Below are positions 43,266 through 57,419 of a stretch of 64,000 bases of DNA, one piece after another. Below the pieces are notes generated by a model that saw only the letters and a list, made by a program, of their open reading frames with translations, had not been told where the DNA came from and made no database searches. Each line of letters starts with the position of its first letter. Within the stretch, counting starts at the first letter, position 1. This DNA comes from Octopus vulgaris (taxonomy: Eukaryota). Where the stretch lies: positions 66,898,001-66,962,000 of the forward strand of contig OX597828.1 in the NCBI GenBank assembly GCA_951406725.2. Reading direction: 5' to 3'. The position numbers and the translations under genes were made by a program.

Positions 43266-44498
43266 TTGTTGCAGTTAAGCCACTAGTGTGCCATCCAATG
43301 TACTGGGAATGTCTATAATCTTGTGTGGATATGTGGTTGTAATAGTGGTAGCAGCAACAGCAGCTGTAGAAGCGGCAGGACATATTGTTTAAATCCTTGT
43401 TATTGTTATTTAAACTTACGCCTGCTCTGATAGATCAGACCTACGATGAAAGGTATTCCAGCCACGATCTTCTAAATATTTATTTTTATCTTCACATTCT
43501 CAGCGTTTCTCTATAATGGCGTGTTATCAACATTTTCGAAATGACTCTCTGTTGGACTATCACAACTTGAAATTACCGAGAACCTAAAAGCATCGCACGA
43601 ACCTTTTAATAGTCAAATGTGGATTGCAAAAATGTTCTAAAATATTACAGACATAACTGTGACCATTCTTAAAGAGGAATGAAAGGGTGTTGCATAATTT
43701 TCTATACATATTTCGTACATGTCAGGAAAGTACCAGAAGAATGCTCTAAAATAAATGGTTTTCTTAGTAAGCCTAAAATTGAAAAGAAGAATCGAAGAAT
43801 CTATTCATTTGTCTGAAGAAAGGGAAAATAAAAGACGAAAACCAAGCGTTAAAGATGGAAATGAATTTCGAACAAAGATATATACTTGAAGTATAAGCGC
43901 TATCAAATTCTACTTCCGGTATTACGTTTTCTTTGAGTTTTTCTTTTTTTAACATTCAACACAAAACTGTATTAGTCAGAGAAGAGAAATAAAGTGTTAA
44001 AAGTATAATGGAATCAAGATCTTCAACATCTTCTAAGAGAATTCAATTATAATATTTCTTCATTATCGTTCTTCAGTTAAATACAGATATTTTATTTCAC
44101 TTGTCTCACTTTGTTTTTCACAATTGATTAGACGTTAACACTTAATTAGTCCATCATGATGAAATAGTGGTTCTACATATCATCTCATTACACTGCTTAT
44201 ATCAATTACTCTAGATACAACTCGACATATTACTTTAAATTCTATCAGTTCACACTGACGGAATATTGCTCTACCATCATCTAAAGTGCAGTCTCGGAGA
44301 TTAACGAATATTTCACGATAATTCATCTAATAGGCAATTTTCATTCGAGAGGTTCACGTTCTGTCTACTACCTATAAAAGATGTTATATATTACATTTGA
44401 CCCTAGATTGTTTATTATTATCATCATAATACGGGCTGGCTAATTCCTTTACTTCAATAATCTTAGCTATGTTATTTGTGGCTGAGTTTGTAAATTTA

Positions 44499-47400
44499 AC
44501 ATATATACTAAAAATAAAGGTACATATATACTGAAAATAAAATAAATATATACTAAAAAGAAAGGTACATATATACTGAAAATAAAATAAATATATACTA
44601 AAAATAAAGGTACATATATACTGAAAATAAAATAAATATTTACTAAAAATAAAGGTACATATATACTGAAAATGAAATTGAATATATACTAAAAATAAAG
44701 GTACATATATACTGAAAATAAAATAAATATATACTAAAAATTACATATATACTAAAAATAAAGGTACATATATAGTGAAAATAAAATAAATATATACTAA
44801 AAATAAAGGTACATATATACTGAAAATAAAATAAATATATACTAAAAATAAAGGTACATATATACTGAAAATAAAATAAATATATACTAAAAATAAAGGT
44901 ACATATATACTGAAAATAAAATAAATATATACTAAAAATAAAGGTACATATATAGTGAAAATAAAATAAATATGTTCTAAAAATAAAGGTACATATATAG
45001 TGAAAATAAAATAAATATATACTAGAAATAAAGGTACATATATAGTGAAAATAAAATAAATATATACTAAAAATAAAGGTACATATATACTGAAAATAAA
45101 ATAAATATATACTAGAAATAAAGGTACATATATACTGAAAATAAAATAAATATATACTAAAAATAAAGGTACATATATACTGAAAATAAAATAAATATAT
45201 ACTAAAAATAAAGGTACATATATACTGAAAATAAAATAAATATATACTAGAAATAAAGGTACATATATACTGAAAATAAAATAAATATATACTAAAAATA
45301 AAGGTACATATATACTGAAAATGAAATTAAATATATACTAAAAATAAAGGTACATATATACTGAAAATAAAATAAATATATACTAAAAATAAAGGTACAT
45401 ATATAGTGAAAATAAAATAAATATGTTCTAAAAATAAAAGTACATATATAGTGAAAATAAAATAAATATATACTAAAAATAAAGGTACATATATACTGAA
45501 AATAAAATAAATATATACTAAAAATAAAGGTACATATATACTGAAAATAAAATAAATATATACTAAAAATAAAGGTACATATATACTGAAAATAAAATAA
45601 ATATATACTAAAAATAAAGGTACATATATACTGAAATTAAATAAATATATACTAGAAAGAAAGGTACATATATACTGAAAATGAAATTAAATATATACTA
45701 AAAATAAAGGTACATATATATTGAAAATAAAATAAATATATACTAAAAATAAAGGTACATATATACTGAAAATAAAATAAATATATACTAAAAATAAAGG
45801 TACATATATACTGAAAATAAAATAAATATATACTAAAAATAAAGGTACATATATAGTGAAAATAAAATAAATATATACTAAAAAGAAAGGTACATATATA
45901 CTGAAAATAAAATAAATATATACTAAAAATAAAGGTACATATATACTGAAAATAAAATAAATATATACTAAAAATAAAGGTACATATATACTGAAAATAA
46001 AATAAATATATACTAAAAATAAAGGTACATATATAGTGAAAATAAAATAAATATGTTCTAAAAATAAAAGTACATATATAGTGAAAATAAAATAAATATA
46101 TACTAAAAATAAAGGTACATATATACTGAAAATAAAATAAATATATACTAAAAATAAAGGTACATATATACTGAAAATAAAATAAATATATACTAGAAAT
46201 AAAGGTACATATATATTGAAAATAAAATAAATATATACTAAAAAGAAAGGTACATATATACTGAAAATAAAATAAATATATACTAAAAATAAAGGTACAT
46301 ATATACTGAAAATAAAATAAATATATACTAAAAATAAAGGTACATATATACTGAAAATAAAATAAATATATACTAAAAATAAAGGTACATATATACTGAA
46401 AATAAAATAAATATATACTAAAAATAAAGGTACATATATACTGAAAATAAAATAAATATATACTAAAAATAAAGGTACATATATAGTGAAAATAAAATAA
46501 ATATATACTAAAAAGAAAGGTACATATATACTGAAAATAAAATAAATATATACTAAAAATAAAGGTACATATATACTGAAAATAAAATAAATATATACTA
46601 GAAATAAAGGTACATATATATTGAAAATAAAATAAATATATACTAAAAAGAAAGGTACATATATACTGAAAATAAAATAAATATATACTAAAAATAAAGG
46701 TACATATATACTGAAAATAAAATAAATATATACTAAAAATAAAGGTACATATATATTGAAAATAAAATAAATATTTACTAAAAATAAAGGTACATATATA
46801 CTGAAAATAAAATAAATATGTTCTAAAAATAAAAGTACATATATAGTGAAAATAAAATAAATATATACTAAAAATAAAGCTACATATATACTGAAAATAA
46901 AATAAATATATACTAAAAATAAAGGTACATATATACTGAAAATAAAATAAATATATACTAGAAATAAAGGTACATATATATTGAAAATAAAATAAATATA
47001 TACTAAAAAGAAAGGTACATATATACTGAAAATAAAATAAATATATACTAAAAATAAAGGTACATATATACTGAAAATAAAATAAATATATACTAAAAAT
47101 AAAGGTACATATATACTGAAAATAAAATAAATATATACTAGAAATAAAGGTACATATATACTGAAAATGAAATTAAATATATACTAAAAATAAAGGTACA
47201 TATATATTGAAAATAAAATAAATATATACTAAAAAGAAAGGTACATATATACTGAAAATAAAATAAATATATACTAAAAATAAAGGTACATATATACTGA
47301 AAATAAAATAAATATATACTAAAAATAAAGGTACATATATACTGAAAATAAAATAAATATATACTAAAAAGAAAGGTACATATATACTGAAAATAAAATA

Positions 47401-48402
47401 AATATATACTAAAAATAAAGGTACATATATACTGAAAATAAAATAAATATATACTAAAAATAAAGGTACATATATATTGAAAATAAAATAAATATATACT
47501 AAAAAGAAAGGTACATATATACTGAAAATAAAATAAATATATACTAAAAATAAAGGTACATATATACTGAAAATAAAATAAATATATACTAAAAATAAAG
47601 GTACATATATACTGAAAAAAAAATAAATATATACTAAAAAGAAAGGTACATATATACTGAAAATAAAATAAATATATACTAAAAATAAAGGTACATATAT
47701 ACTGAAAATAAAATAAATATATACTAAAAATAAAGGTACATATATATTGAAAATAAAATAAATATATACTAAAAATAAAGGTACATATATACTGAAAATA
47801 AAATAAATATATACTAAAAATAAAGGTACATATATACTGAAAATAAAATAAATATATACTAAAAATAAAGGTACATATATACTGAAAATAAAATAAATAT
47901 ATACTAAAAATAAAGGTACATATATATTGAAAATAAAATAAATATATACTAAAAAGAAAGGTACATATATACTGAAAATAAAATAAATATATACTAAAAA
48001 TAAAGGTACATATATATTGAAAATAAAATAAATATATACTAGAAATAAAGGTACATATATAGTGAAAATAAAATAAATATGTTCTAAAAATAAAGGTACA
48101 TATATAGTGAAAATAAAATAAATATATACTAGAAATAAAGGTACATATATACTGAAAATAAAATAAATATTTACTAAAAATAAAGGTACATATATACTGA
48201 AAATAAAATGAATATATACTAAAAATAAAGGTACATATATACTGAAAATGAAATTAAATATATACTAAAAATAAAGGTACATATATACTGAAAATGAAAT
48301 TAAATATATACTAGAAATAAAGGTACAAATATACTGAAAATGAAATTAAATATATACTAAAAATAAAGGTACATATATACTGAAAATGAAATAAATATAT
48401 AT
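44499..48402. repeat. 45-bp AT-rich tandem satellite, roughly 85-90 copies
   Basis: Unit AAAATAAAGGTACATATATACTGAAAATAAAATAAATATATACTA, itself a dimer of 22/23-bp sub-repeats. Confidence 0.97.
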
Positions 48403-48978
48403 AGGGAAGGGGAAGCACCACATATCGAGCAGAGGTCAGCAATGCCTGTGCGCAGTTTCAGGTCCAATAAAGCTTGCACGACACCTCATATACCTTCTCC
48501 ACTGTATTGACATTATCCAGAGACAAACCAGAGCAAGATGTATGGTGCCAATATGTGTCGCAGGCTCAGGGATGTGGGAGCGCCATGATCTCAAGCACAA
48601 ACCAAAGATCCCTAAAATGTCCAATGCCATTCCCTGCATATCTGGTTTTATATCAGAGTGGCCTTCTCCTAGAGACATACTTCAACAGGAGCTGAGGGGT
48701 GCCTCACTCCCAGTGATCTTTCAGCACGCCGGAAACCATCCCGGAATTTCTGCGTACCCGTGCTATTGCTGGACAGCCGTTGAGCCTGCACTAGGGTCAT
48801 CCGACCTTTCAACAGGTCTTGATTTTAATCCTGCTGGGATTCTAACAAACCCTCCCCACCAGGGTAGCCTGTTGGGAGTGCCAGTTTAGTCGTCGACAAC
48901 CCGACCATGCAACAGGTTGTACTGGATTCCATCTTACCAGTAGCTCTTATGAGAACCTCATAAGAGACCTGACAAGAA
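48403..48978 (-). mobile_element. Probable RTE-clade LINE 5' UTR and start of the endonuclease, degraded
   Basis: GC-richer block. The minus strand has CCCTGGTGGGGAGGGTTTG...GGATGACCCTAGTGCAGGCTCAACGGC, recalled as RTE-like 5' UTR, followed by broken coding sequence. The assignment is tentative. Confidence 0.4.
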
Positions 48979-49021
48979 CATACATACATACCTGCATGCA
49001 TACATACATACATACATACAT

Positions 49022-49064
<43 letters not shown>

Positions 49065-49177
49065 TATTGTATATATATATTACCTTTCCTTTTATAGTGC
49101 TAGTGCATGCATATACAGCTGCGTGCGTGCGCACATACACGCGAGTGCTGTCCAAATCTCCAACCAATCACATACAG

Positions 49178-49436
49178 CTAGCTGGCATCAAATTGGTGTA
49201 TCAAGTTTCGGGAATTTTGATTGGGTTTTGGATAGAAAATTAACAAGAAAGTCACTTCTATTGATTTTTTTATGGCTTTGCGGGGTGACTGGGGAAACGT
49301 AAAGATGTGCACGACCACCCTTGGACGGTTTTGAATGACCATAGAAAGAGCCCCCTAACTGAAAAATTGTGAATTTGTATAAAGGATACACACACACACA
49401 CAGACAGACATTTTGCCATTTATATATACAGAGAGA
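49178..49436 (-). mobile_element. Non-autonomous Helitron-like fragment
   Basis: The minus strand begins TCTCTCTGTATATATAAATGGC...GTCTGTCTGTGTG. CTAG lies at 49178-49181. Confidence 0.5.
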
Positions 49437-49959
49437 TTATTAAATGCAAATAAATTTTCAAGTAAAAAAACCCAAAAAAACTGACAGAGTAATATAAACA
49501 ATGTGTTTGGGATTATTATATACAGTATTTCCGTGATTAGAATTCAACTAATTAGCCAGCAAATGGGAGCTCTATTTCTATTGCAACATCACGTCTCCTT
49601 CTTGCATATCGGTATATATTTACCGTGCGCATGCTTAATAAGATATTGACTTAGCGCCTTTATTATTGTTTAAAAGGTGAAAGTTAAGCCAATTATAAGT
49701 ATTTTATACTTATAATTTTATAAAAATTAATATTCTGTATAAATCTATAAATCTATAAATATATGAATTCATTTGAATGTTTAAATATTATCTGCAGTCA
49801 GTCGTCGCGATTATGGCTGTCTATAGTTTTGGCATGGCTTAATAAGCTTTCTCCATATTGGTTGGTTTTTCGCTTGGGCTTGCCATTTATTATGATCAAT
49901 TATTGTCACTTCATATTCCTTTTTGTAGTAACTTTGAATCTCAGTCTAGATCTTCCATG

Positions 49960-51860
49960 ATTTCTTTTTCCCTTGCATAAGTTGGGCGTAAAAGCTTTGT
50001 TGTCCATCCTGCGTGCGTTACCCAACCAAAGTAAATTTCTATCAATGAGAATTCCTATTATGGGAGGCAGACCAGCACACCGTAGAATCCCTTCCTGATC
50101 TTGTCAAAGAGAATAATATTCGTAATTCGTCGTAGCTGTCTCATCATACATGCATGCAACTTGTCTACTTGAGCTTTATAGATTGTTCAGGTTTCTGCTC
50201 CATTCCGCAGGAGCGAACGCACTATAGCCCGGTACACCTTACATTTGACATACAAAGAAATGCCTGTTTTCCTTCAGCCCCTCCGGCTGCTTGCCAAATG
50301 AAGCACAAGCTTTACTCCTTCTGTATGTGATTTCCTAGTCCAGTCGTGCAATGAGATGGTGCTGCCTAAGTATTTGAAAGGCGGCGAGCTGGCAGAAACG
50401 TTAGCACACTGGGCGAAATGCGTAGCCGTATTTCGCCTGCCGTTACGTTCTGAGTTCAAATGCCGCCGAGGTCGACTTTGCCTTTCATCCTTTCGGAGTC
50501 GATAAATTAAGTACCAGTTACGCACTGGGTTCGATGTAATCGACTAAATCCGTTTGTCAGTCCTTGTTTGTCCCCTCTGTGTTTAGTCCCTTGTGGGTAG
50601 TAAAGAAATAGGTATTTGAATGCTTTGTACTGGGCCACTTTCATGTCTAATAATGATGTTTTCTTCTGCTACAGGGGCATTTAGGTTCTTCACGGGTCGG
50701 TTTAGGCATTCGGTTTTTTTCTGACGTTAACCACTAGGCTGAACTGTTGTGCAGCTCTGGCAAAGTTATCTATCAGTTTCTGCATATCTTCAGCGTTGTG
50801 AGCAACCAGTGCACTATCATCAGCGAACAGCATCTCGCGTATTATAGCCTTCGTAACACGCCTCATTGCTTTATATTGTGCAGTATTGAACAGATCAGCA
50901 TCATGATGCGTCTGGATGTAAATCTCCTCCTTCCAACTCCTTCAGAGGCAACTTTCAACACTGCTGCGAGATAAAAGGAGAACAATGCTGGAGCAAGTAC
51001 GCATCCTTGTCTAACTTCATTTGTCACCATAAACTCGCTCGAGGTATTGCTATCTTGTACTACAACTGCCTTCATTCGTTCGTGCAGGGACTTGACCAAG
51101 TTGATGAGCCTTCGCGGACATTCATGTTTCGTAAGAACCACCCAAAGTCCATCACTGGCTACTGTGTCGAAAGCCTTTGCGAAGTGTATGAACACTGCAT
51201 AGGCATGTTTTGCTCAATGCATTTTCCCTGAATTTGGCGAAGATAGAATATCATGTTCACAGTGCTTCTACCGCAACGGAAGTCCCACTGAGTCTCAGGT
51301 AAGACATTTGAATAGATATACTCAGTCTGTTTTACAGAATACGAGTCTCGATCTTCCCAGCTATTGATAGAAGAGCTTTTCCTCGGTAATTTCCACAGTC
51401 CCCTCTCCAAACTGTTTGAAGATAGGAATGATACCTGCGTCTGTCCAATCTTCTGGAATCGTTTCTGCCCACCAAATCTGGAGCACAATGCTATACAAGT
51501 TTTCAAATGAGTTTCATACCTCCATGCTTCCAGATTTCAGCGAGTATGCCACATCATTTGTTTGACTGCATCATTGAATTCCTTGAATATAGGAATGTCA
51601 TCTAAAGATTGATGGTTAGCTATTGTGTAGCCTTCCCGAGAGCGGTATAGGTCACAGCCTTTGAGATATTAAGCAGGCTGTCAAAGTGATTGGCTAATCA
51701 ATCAAGGATCTCCGATTTTTCTTAGAGTACTGTTTTGCCGTCCATAGATATGAGTTTTGTTGGGCCCCTTCTCTGTGACCCGTATACCTCTCGAAGTCCT
51801 GAGTATAAAGCTTTCATGTCGTTTTTATCTGCCTAATGCTGTAGGTCTTCAGCTTTGGCT
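49960..51860 (-). mobile_element. RTE-clade LINE reverse transcriptase region, degraded
   Basis: LPETQWDFRCGRSTVNMIF, FAKAFDTV, VRQGCVLAPALFSFYL, LFADD and FKYLGSTIS in broken frames. Interrupted by a SINE. Confidence 0.85.
50379..50610 (+). mobile_element. tRNA-derived SINE with 9-bp TSD, nested in the RTE
   Basis: GGCGGCGAGCTGGCAGAAACGTTAG...GAGTTCAAATGCC. TSD GTATTTGAA at 50370-50378 and 50612-50620. Confidence 0.92.
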
Positions 51861-51864
51861 TCCC

Positions 51865-52190
51865 ACCGCGAACGAGAAGCAGTTAAGTGAGAGGACAAGT
51901 TCGGCCAGACGAAGGAGTGTGGATGTGTCTGGTTGGGTGTTGAGTCGAGGAAATGTTGGAGTGCATGCAGCCCCTCGTGATGAGGGATCACCGTGTATAG
52001 ACTCTTGGTGTCAAGAGTGAAGAAGTTTAGAGGGGCCAGGAGGGAAGGAGAAGGAGTTGAACAAACGAAGAGTATGGTTGGTGACATGGATGTGAGAGGG
52101 GAGGGAAGCAAGTACACGGTCAAGATAGCTGGAGATGAGTTCGATGGAGCAGTTACAGGCGGAGGCGATGGGGCGGCCAGGAAAAAATCG
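51865..52190 (-). mobile_element. Penelope-like reverse transcriptase fragment
   Basis: FTLDTKSLYTVIPHHEGLHALQHFLD matches the PLE RT motif DxxSLYTxIP. Confidence 0.8.
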
Positions 52191-52327
52191 TTAAAAGATT
52201 TTATTAGTGGCCAGCATATAAAGTAGACCTATAAATAGAGAGATTTATAATAGTATAAAATACAGTTATAAGGGCATAGAAGAGACCATGCCTATACTGA
52301 AAATAGATGCTAAATCGTCAAACCACT

Positions 52328-52386
<59 letters not shown>

Positions 52387-52663
52387 TAATTAAGGGCTAA
52401 AGAGGGTTATTCTAAAGCCAATACACTGATTTATATATATATGGACGCCTATTACATAGATTATTCTATGAAAAATACCTATACCATCAAGGGAACTATA
52501 TTCTAAGAAACTTTTAGAGGAGTCTTTTTTCATAGCGTTTTTCAGATGGCCAAATAACTGAAGAGATGGTGGTGTGGATTTCCTCCTCGGCATCCGAAAC
52601 TCAGAGTTTTATCATTTTGAAGTGGTGACAAACATTAGTTCTCACTATAGTTACTACTTTTAC

Positions 52664-52664
<1 letters not shown>

Positions 52665-52750
<86 letters not shown>

Positions 52751-52884
52751 CATACATACATATATACATACATATATATACATATATACATACATATATA
52801 TATATACATATATACATACATATATATGCATATATATATATACATATATACATACATATATATATATATATACATACATATATA

Positions 52885-52922
<38 letters not shown>

Positions 52923-53010
52923 CATATATATATATACATATATACATACATATATATGCATATATATATATATGCATATATATGTATATATGTATATATA
53001 TATATGTATG

Positions 53011-53080
<70 letters not shown>
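52665..53080. repeat. (TA)n/(TACA)n microsatellite
   Basis: Read directly from the sequence. Confidence 0.95.
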
Positions 53081-53082
<2 letters not shown>

Positions 53083-53124
53083 CCGTACATAAGTTGAAAT
53101 TGTACATTTTCGTTGACATAATAT

Positions 53125-53458
53125 TGTCTTAAAGTAAAACATATTTTTGTCTTAAAATTTTCCCATCAGGCTTTGAAAAGACTGCTACACATACGTGACC
53201 CATAATCTTCCTCCACAAGTGTAGTGAATTTTTGAAAGAATTATCCCTTGTGCATGAGCATGAATGCAGGAAGCAATTTCTTTTATAACTTCTGATCGAC
53301 CGTTTCGAATCGATTTTGGAAAACGATTTTTAAATCTGATTGGCTGAAAATTCCTCATTCATCATATCCTCTTAGAAAATCTCAAGTTTCGACCAATGAT
53401 TAGAATCTCAAGTGCACTTCTTATTTATAAAACCTAAAAGAAAGCAGGAACAGCAAGT
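53125..53458 (+). promoter_or_regulatory. Shared upstream module, copy 4 (most diverged)
   Basis: TTAAAGTAAAACATATTTTTGTCTTAAAATTTTCCCATCAGGCTTTGAAAAGAC aligns with 39038-39090. ATTGG at about 53339, CCAAT at about 53393 and TATAAAA at about 53426. Confidence 0.6.
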
Positions 53459-54364
53459 ATGTTTCGATCGTTTGTGGGAAATGCTGCAACAGATAGTGTT
53501 GATGATTCCTATTCAGAAGATCTGAGCTCTATTGATCCTGAAATGTATTTATGGAGAGGTGTCCTGAAGAAGACACCTGAAGAAGAGACATATGGTATAG
53601 TGAATGAACCAGTGGTATTTACGGAAAGAGAGATTCCAAATATTGATATAGAGTTTGTTCCTGGATCTTTACCACCATCTGAGGAAGATATAATAATAGA
53701 AAGACCTGGAGTGGTATTTACAGATGAAGCGGTTCCATATATTGATATAGAATTTGTTCCAGAATCTTTACCATTATCTGAGGAAGATATAGTAATGGAA
53801 AGACCTGGAGTGATATTTATAGATGAGGCGGTTCCATCTATTGATGTGGAATTTGTTCCTGGATCTTTACCATTATCTGAGGCAGATACAGTAATAGAAA
53901 AACCTGGAGTGATATTTACAGATCAAGCGGTTCCATCTATTGATGTAGAATTTGTTCCTGGATCTTTACCATTATCTGAGGCAGATACAGTAATAGAAAA
54001 ACCTGGAGTGATATTTACAGATGAAGCGGTTCCATCTATTGATGTGGAATTTGTTCCTGGATCTTTACCATTACCTGAGGAAGAAATGCTAATAGAAAGA
54101 CCTGGAGTGGTATTAACAGATGAGGTATTTCCTGGATATTTACCATCACCAGTACAATTTCCAGTGAGGTCGATTCCTAAAGAACTTGTGTATGCTAGAT
54201 TGTCTCCAGATATTGGAGATCAGCCAACTGAAATTGAAGGCATTACACCCTTGGTCATACCTAGAAGTAGATTCCCTAAAATGTTATTTTCACCCCTTGC
54301 TGAGCTTTCGTCATCTGGAGAAGACACTGAAAAAGATATTCCCGAATATGAAACTTTGGCCTAA
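53459..54364 (+). CDS. Orphan 301-aa acidic protein (family member 4) with ~5.5x33-aa repeats; probably C-terminally truncated
   Basis: ORF with 99-bp repeats (PGVIFTDEAVPSIDVEFVPGSLPLSEADTVIEK). Coding-like paralogous sequence continues past the stop to about 54840. Confidence 0.65.
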   Translation: MFRSFVGNAATDSVDDSYSEDLSSIDPEMYLWRGVLKKTPEEETYGIVNEPVVFTEREIPNIDIEFVPGSLPPSEEDIIIERPGVVFTDEAVPYIDIEFVPESLPLSEEDIVMERPGVIFIDEAVPSIDVEFVPGSLPLSEADTVIEKPGVIFTDQAVPSIDVEFVPGSLPLSEADTVIEKPGVIFTDEAVPSIDVEFVPGSLPLPEEEMLIERPGVVLTDEVFPGYLPSPVQFPVRSIPKELVYARLSPDIGDQPTEIEGITPLVIPRSRFPKMLFSPLAELSSSGEDTEKDIPEYETLA

Positions 54365-54880
54365 TTGAGACACGGAAAAAGATATTTCCGAAGATGACAG
54401 TTTGATCGAATTTTGTGAGTCAATCAATGGAGAAGCATCTGAAAGAGAGTGAAAGAGAGGCTGTTTATGTATTACCCGAAGAAGAAAAATGCTTTGGAAC
54501 ATATGAACTATTGACTGACCCTCTTATATCTTCGTTCACATCTAACGATTTGTATCCACGTCTTGTCGAGGCTTCACTACCTGAAGACTAAGACATCTCA
54601 CCATTGCGTACATCTGAAAGACCTCTTGCTAAAAGGTTTCCACCTTTTGCAGAACTATCCTCATCTGTGGAAGAAACTGATGAGAATTCTGAAAGTATGG
54701 CATATTGAATGAACTGTTTCTAACCAGAAATCTCGAGAAGTCTGCAAAAATATTAGTTGCTGAACTCTAAACAGAACAGAAGGTCTACTCGAACATATTT
54801 CCTTATCAAAACCAAAAAACCTCCCCCACCCTGAATCTACAATAAAAGTGTTCAAATTATTAACATGCACCAAAACTCAC

Positions 54881-54990
54881 TGAGGTCAATCAGGTATCAA
54901 TAACAAATGTAACAGATTCAGTTCAATAATATAGATTGAATAAAATGAAAGCATTCTCGATTCCTATTAGTTTATTTTATTATTTAATTG
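54881..54990 (+). promoter_or_regulatory. Shared 3' module, copy 4 (diverged)
   Basis: GGTCAATCAGGTATCAATAAC...GTTCAATAAT...AGATTGAATAAAATGAAAG aligns with 20014-20083. Confidence 0.6.
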
Positions 54991-55209
54991 TTCTCTGAAA
55001 AAAGACTTCTTAGTCTTCTTCAGTGTAGAATGACAGAAAAGGGTAAATGGTAGCATTCATCATGTTGTTGCTGAAATTTAGATCAGACATGATCCACTGT
55101 ATCTGGTATCATAGAGTATTTCCAGTTATGAACATTCAATATTTTTATGACAAGTACAAGTACTACAGAGTATCATCTTTACGTCTCTGATATAAAATAA
55201 TAATAATAA

Positions 55210-55402
55210 TCCTTTCTACTAAAGGTACAAGACCTGGAAATTTTTTTGTTGGGGGAGACTAGTCGATTACATCAACCCCACTATTTTACTGGTACTTAAC
55301 TTATCGACCCCAAAATGACGAAAGACAAAGTCGACCTCAGTGGAATTAGAACAAAGAACGTGATGACAAACGAAATACCGCAAAACATTTCGCCTGGCGT
55401 GC
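55210..55402 (-). mobile_element. tRNA-derived SINE, diverged
   Basis: Aligns with the 35921-36150 family. Confidence 0.75.
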
Positions 55403-55549
55403 TGGAGATGTCGCAGCCTCAGCGCATGTCTACGCATTATTAGCCACAGCATGCCCAGTCCTTCAGTCAGTAGCTGCTGACAGCAGAATACGTCTAGCGG
55501 AACACGTCTCTTCCTCCGAAAACGGAAGAGCAAGAGCTCCAGTTTCATC

Positions 55550-55776
55550 CCTTATTCAGGGACCTTTTGAGCGGGATGGGCTACTCACCCGAAGAAAATT
55601 CTAACTGGGCCCCACCAGCAAGGTCATGCGCTGTTTATCCTGATATGAAATGACTACATATGGTTGTAATGCATGTGCCTGCTGTACCTTTATTAGATAG
55701 GTGGCCTTGATGGGTGTACTGAACTTTATATATTTGTACCCCAGTGTCACTTTGATGACGTGCATTGCTCTCTCAC

Positions 55777-55848
<72 letters not shown>

Positions 55849-56190
55849 GTAATGTGGAATCTTAAAGTAAAAACTGTTCCTGTCATTGTTTATGCCCTGG
55901 GTGTGATAGAAAAGGGATGGCAAACATCTAGACAACATCCCAGGAGAACTGTGTCTCAAGGAAATCCAAAAGGTTATGGCTGACAAGTACTTGCCACATC
56001 CTTAGAAAAACCTTATTAATTTAAATGTCTGTGTTACATTATATGGAGGTATTTTTTCTACTGCCCTCGCCACTTCCCCCTCGTCAAGCTTTCAACATCT
56101 CTTAACATTCACTTGTCCCAGGGCGCTGGGTGTGTCCGGCAAGTGATTGCTTCAAACATGCAGATTAAATGTAAAACAACAGTGCTGCTG

Positions 56191-56255
<65 letters not shown>

Positions 56256-57385
56256 GCTACTGCTACTACTACTACTACTTATAACAACAATCCTTTCTAC
56301 TATAGGCACAAGGCCTGAAAATTTTGGATAGGGGACCAATCGATTTGAGCGACCACTGTAAACAACTGATACTTAATTTATCGACCTCGAAAGGGAATTT
56401 GAACTCAGAACGTAGCGACAGGCGAAATACCGCTAAGCATTTTGTCCAGCGTGCTAACGATCCAATAACAACAACAACAACAATAATAATAATAATTATT
56501 ATTATTAATATATCCAAAAAATAAAACGTAGAAGCTATATACCACACTATTCAGAAAATAGTTATACTAGGAACAGCCCACATCCTACGCAAGACACTAT
56601 CAATTCAATAATACAACATAAACAAAATAACCCACAAACACAAATCACATTCTATACAGCAAATATTCAATGAAATAAACTTCCACCAGCAAATGAACAA
56701 TGCATTACACACACTCAACACACAATACAAGCAGTAATACAACAAAAGACTGCACCACACCTCAACAGAAGAAAAAACTGATGCGATACATTACCGAGAA
56801 GAGTTTGCACACTCCCAACAACAGAAAAGAACACACAATTCTGCACACACCCCAGCAACACGGCGGTGCAGCAGGTGATGCAGTAGAAATTTTCTAAAAC
56901 TACCAAATGTTGACAACAACAACAGCTACAACAGTTATAATAATAAATGCCCTGTAAATGAATTTGACAAATTAAGTAAATATAAGGACCTGGAAATTGA
57001 AGCACAAAATATGTGGTATCTTAAAGCAAGAACTGTCCTTGTTATGGTAGGTGCCCTAGCTATGAGAAGAAAGGTATGTTAGAAATATGTACACAACATC
57101 CCAGGGCAACCATGTCTCAGAGAAATCCCAAATATTATGCTGACAAGTACTGCACACATCCTTAGAAAAACTCTATCAATTTAAATGTCTGTGCTGTATT
57201 ACATGAAGATATCTCACTACTGCCCCTGCCACTTCTCCTTTCCAAGTTTTCAGTCATACTGTAGCATCTCTTATCCTTCACTCGCTCTAGGACGCTGGGT
57301 GTGTCTCGACAAGTGATTGTAACAAATGTGCACATTAAACAACAGCAACGAGAAAAACGACGACGACAACAACAACAACAACAAG

Positions 57386-57419
<34 letters not shown>

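Noticed and set aside
44499-48402. CRISPR-like regular repeat array
   Set aside because: The units are head-to-tail with no unique spacers, there are no cas genes, and the context is eukaryotic; it is a satellite.
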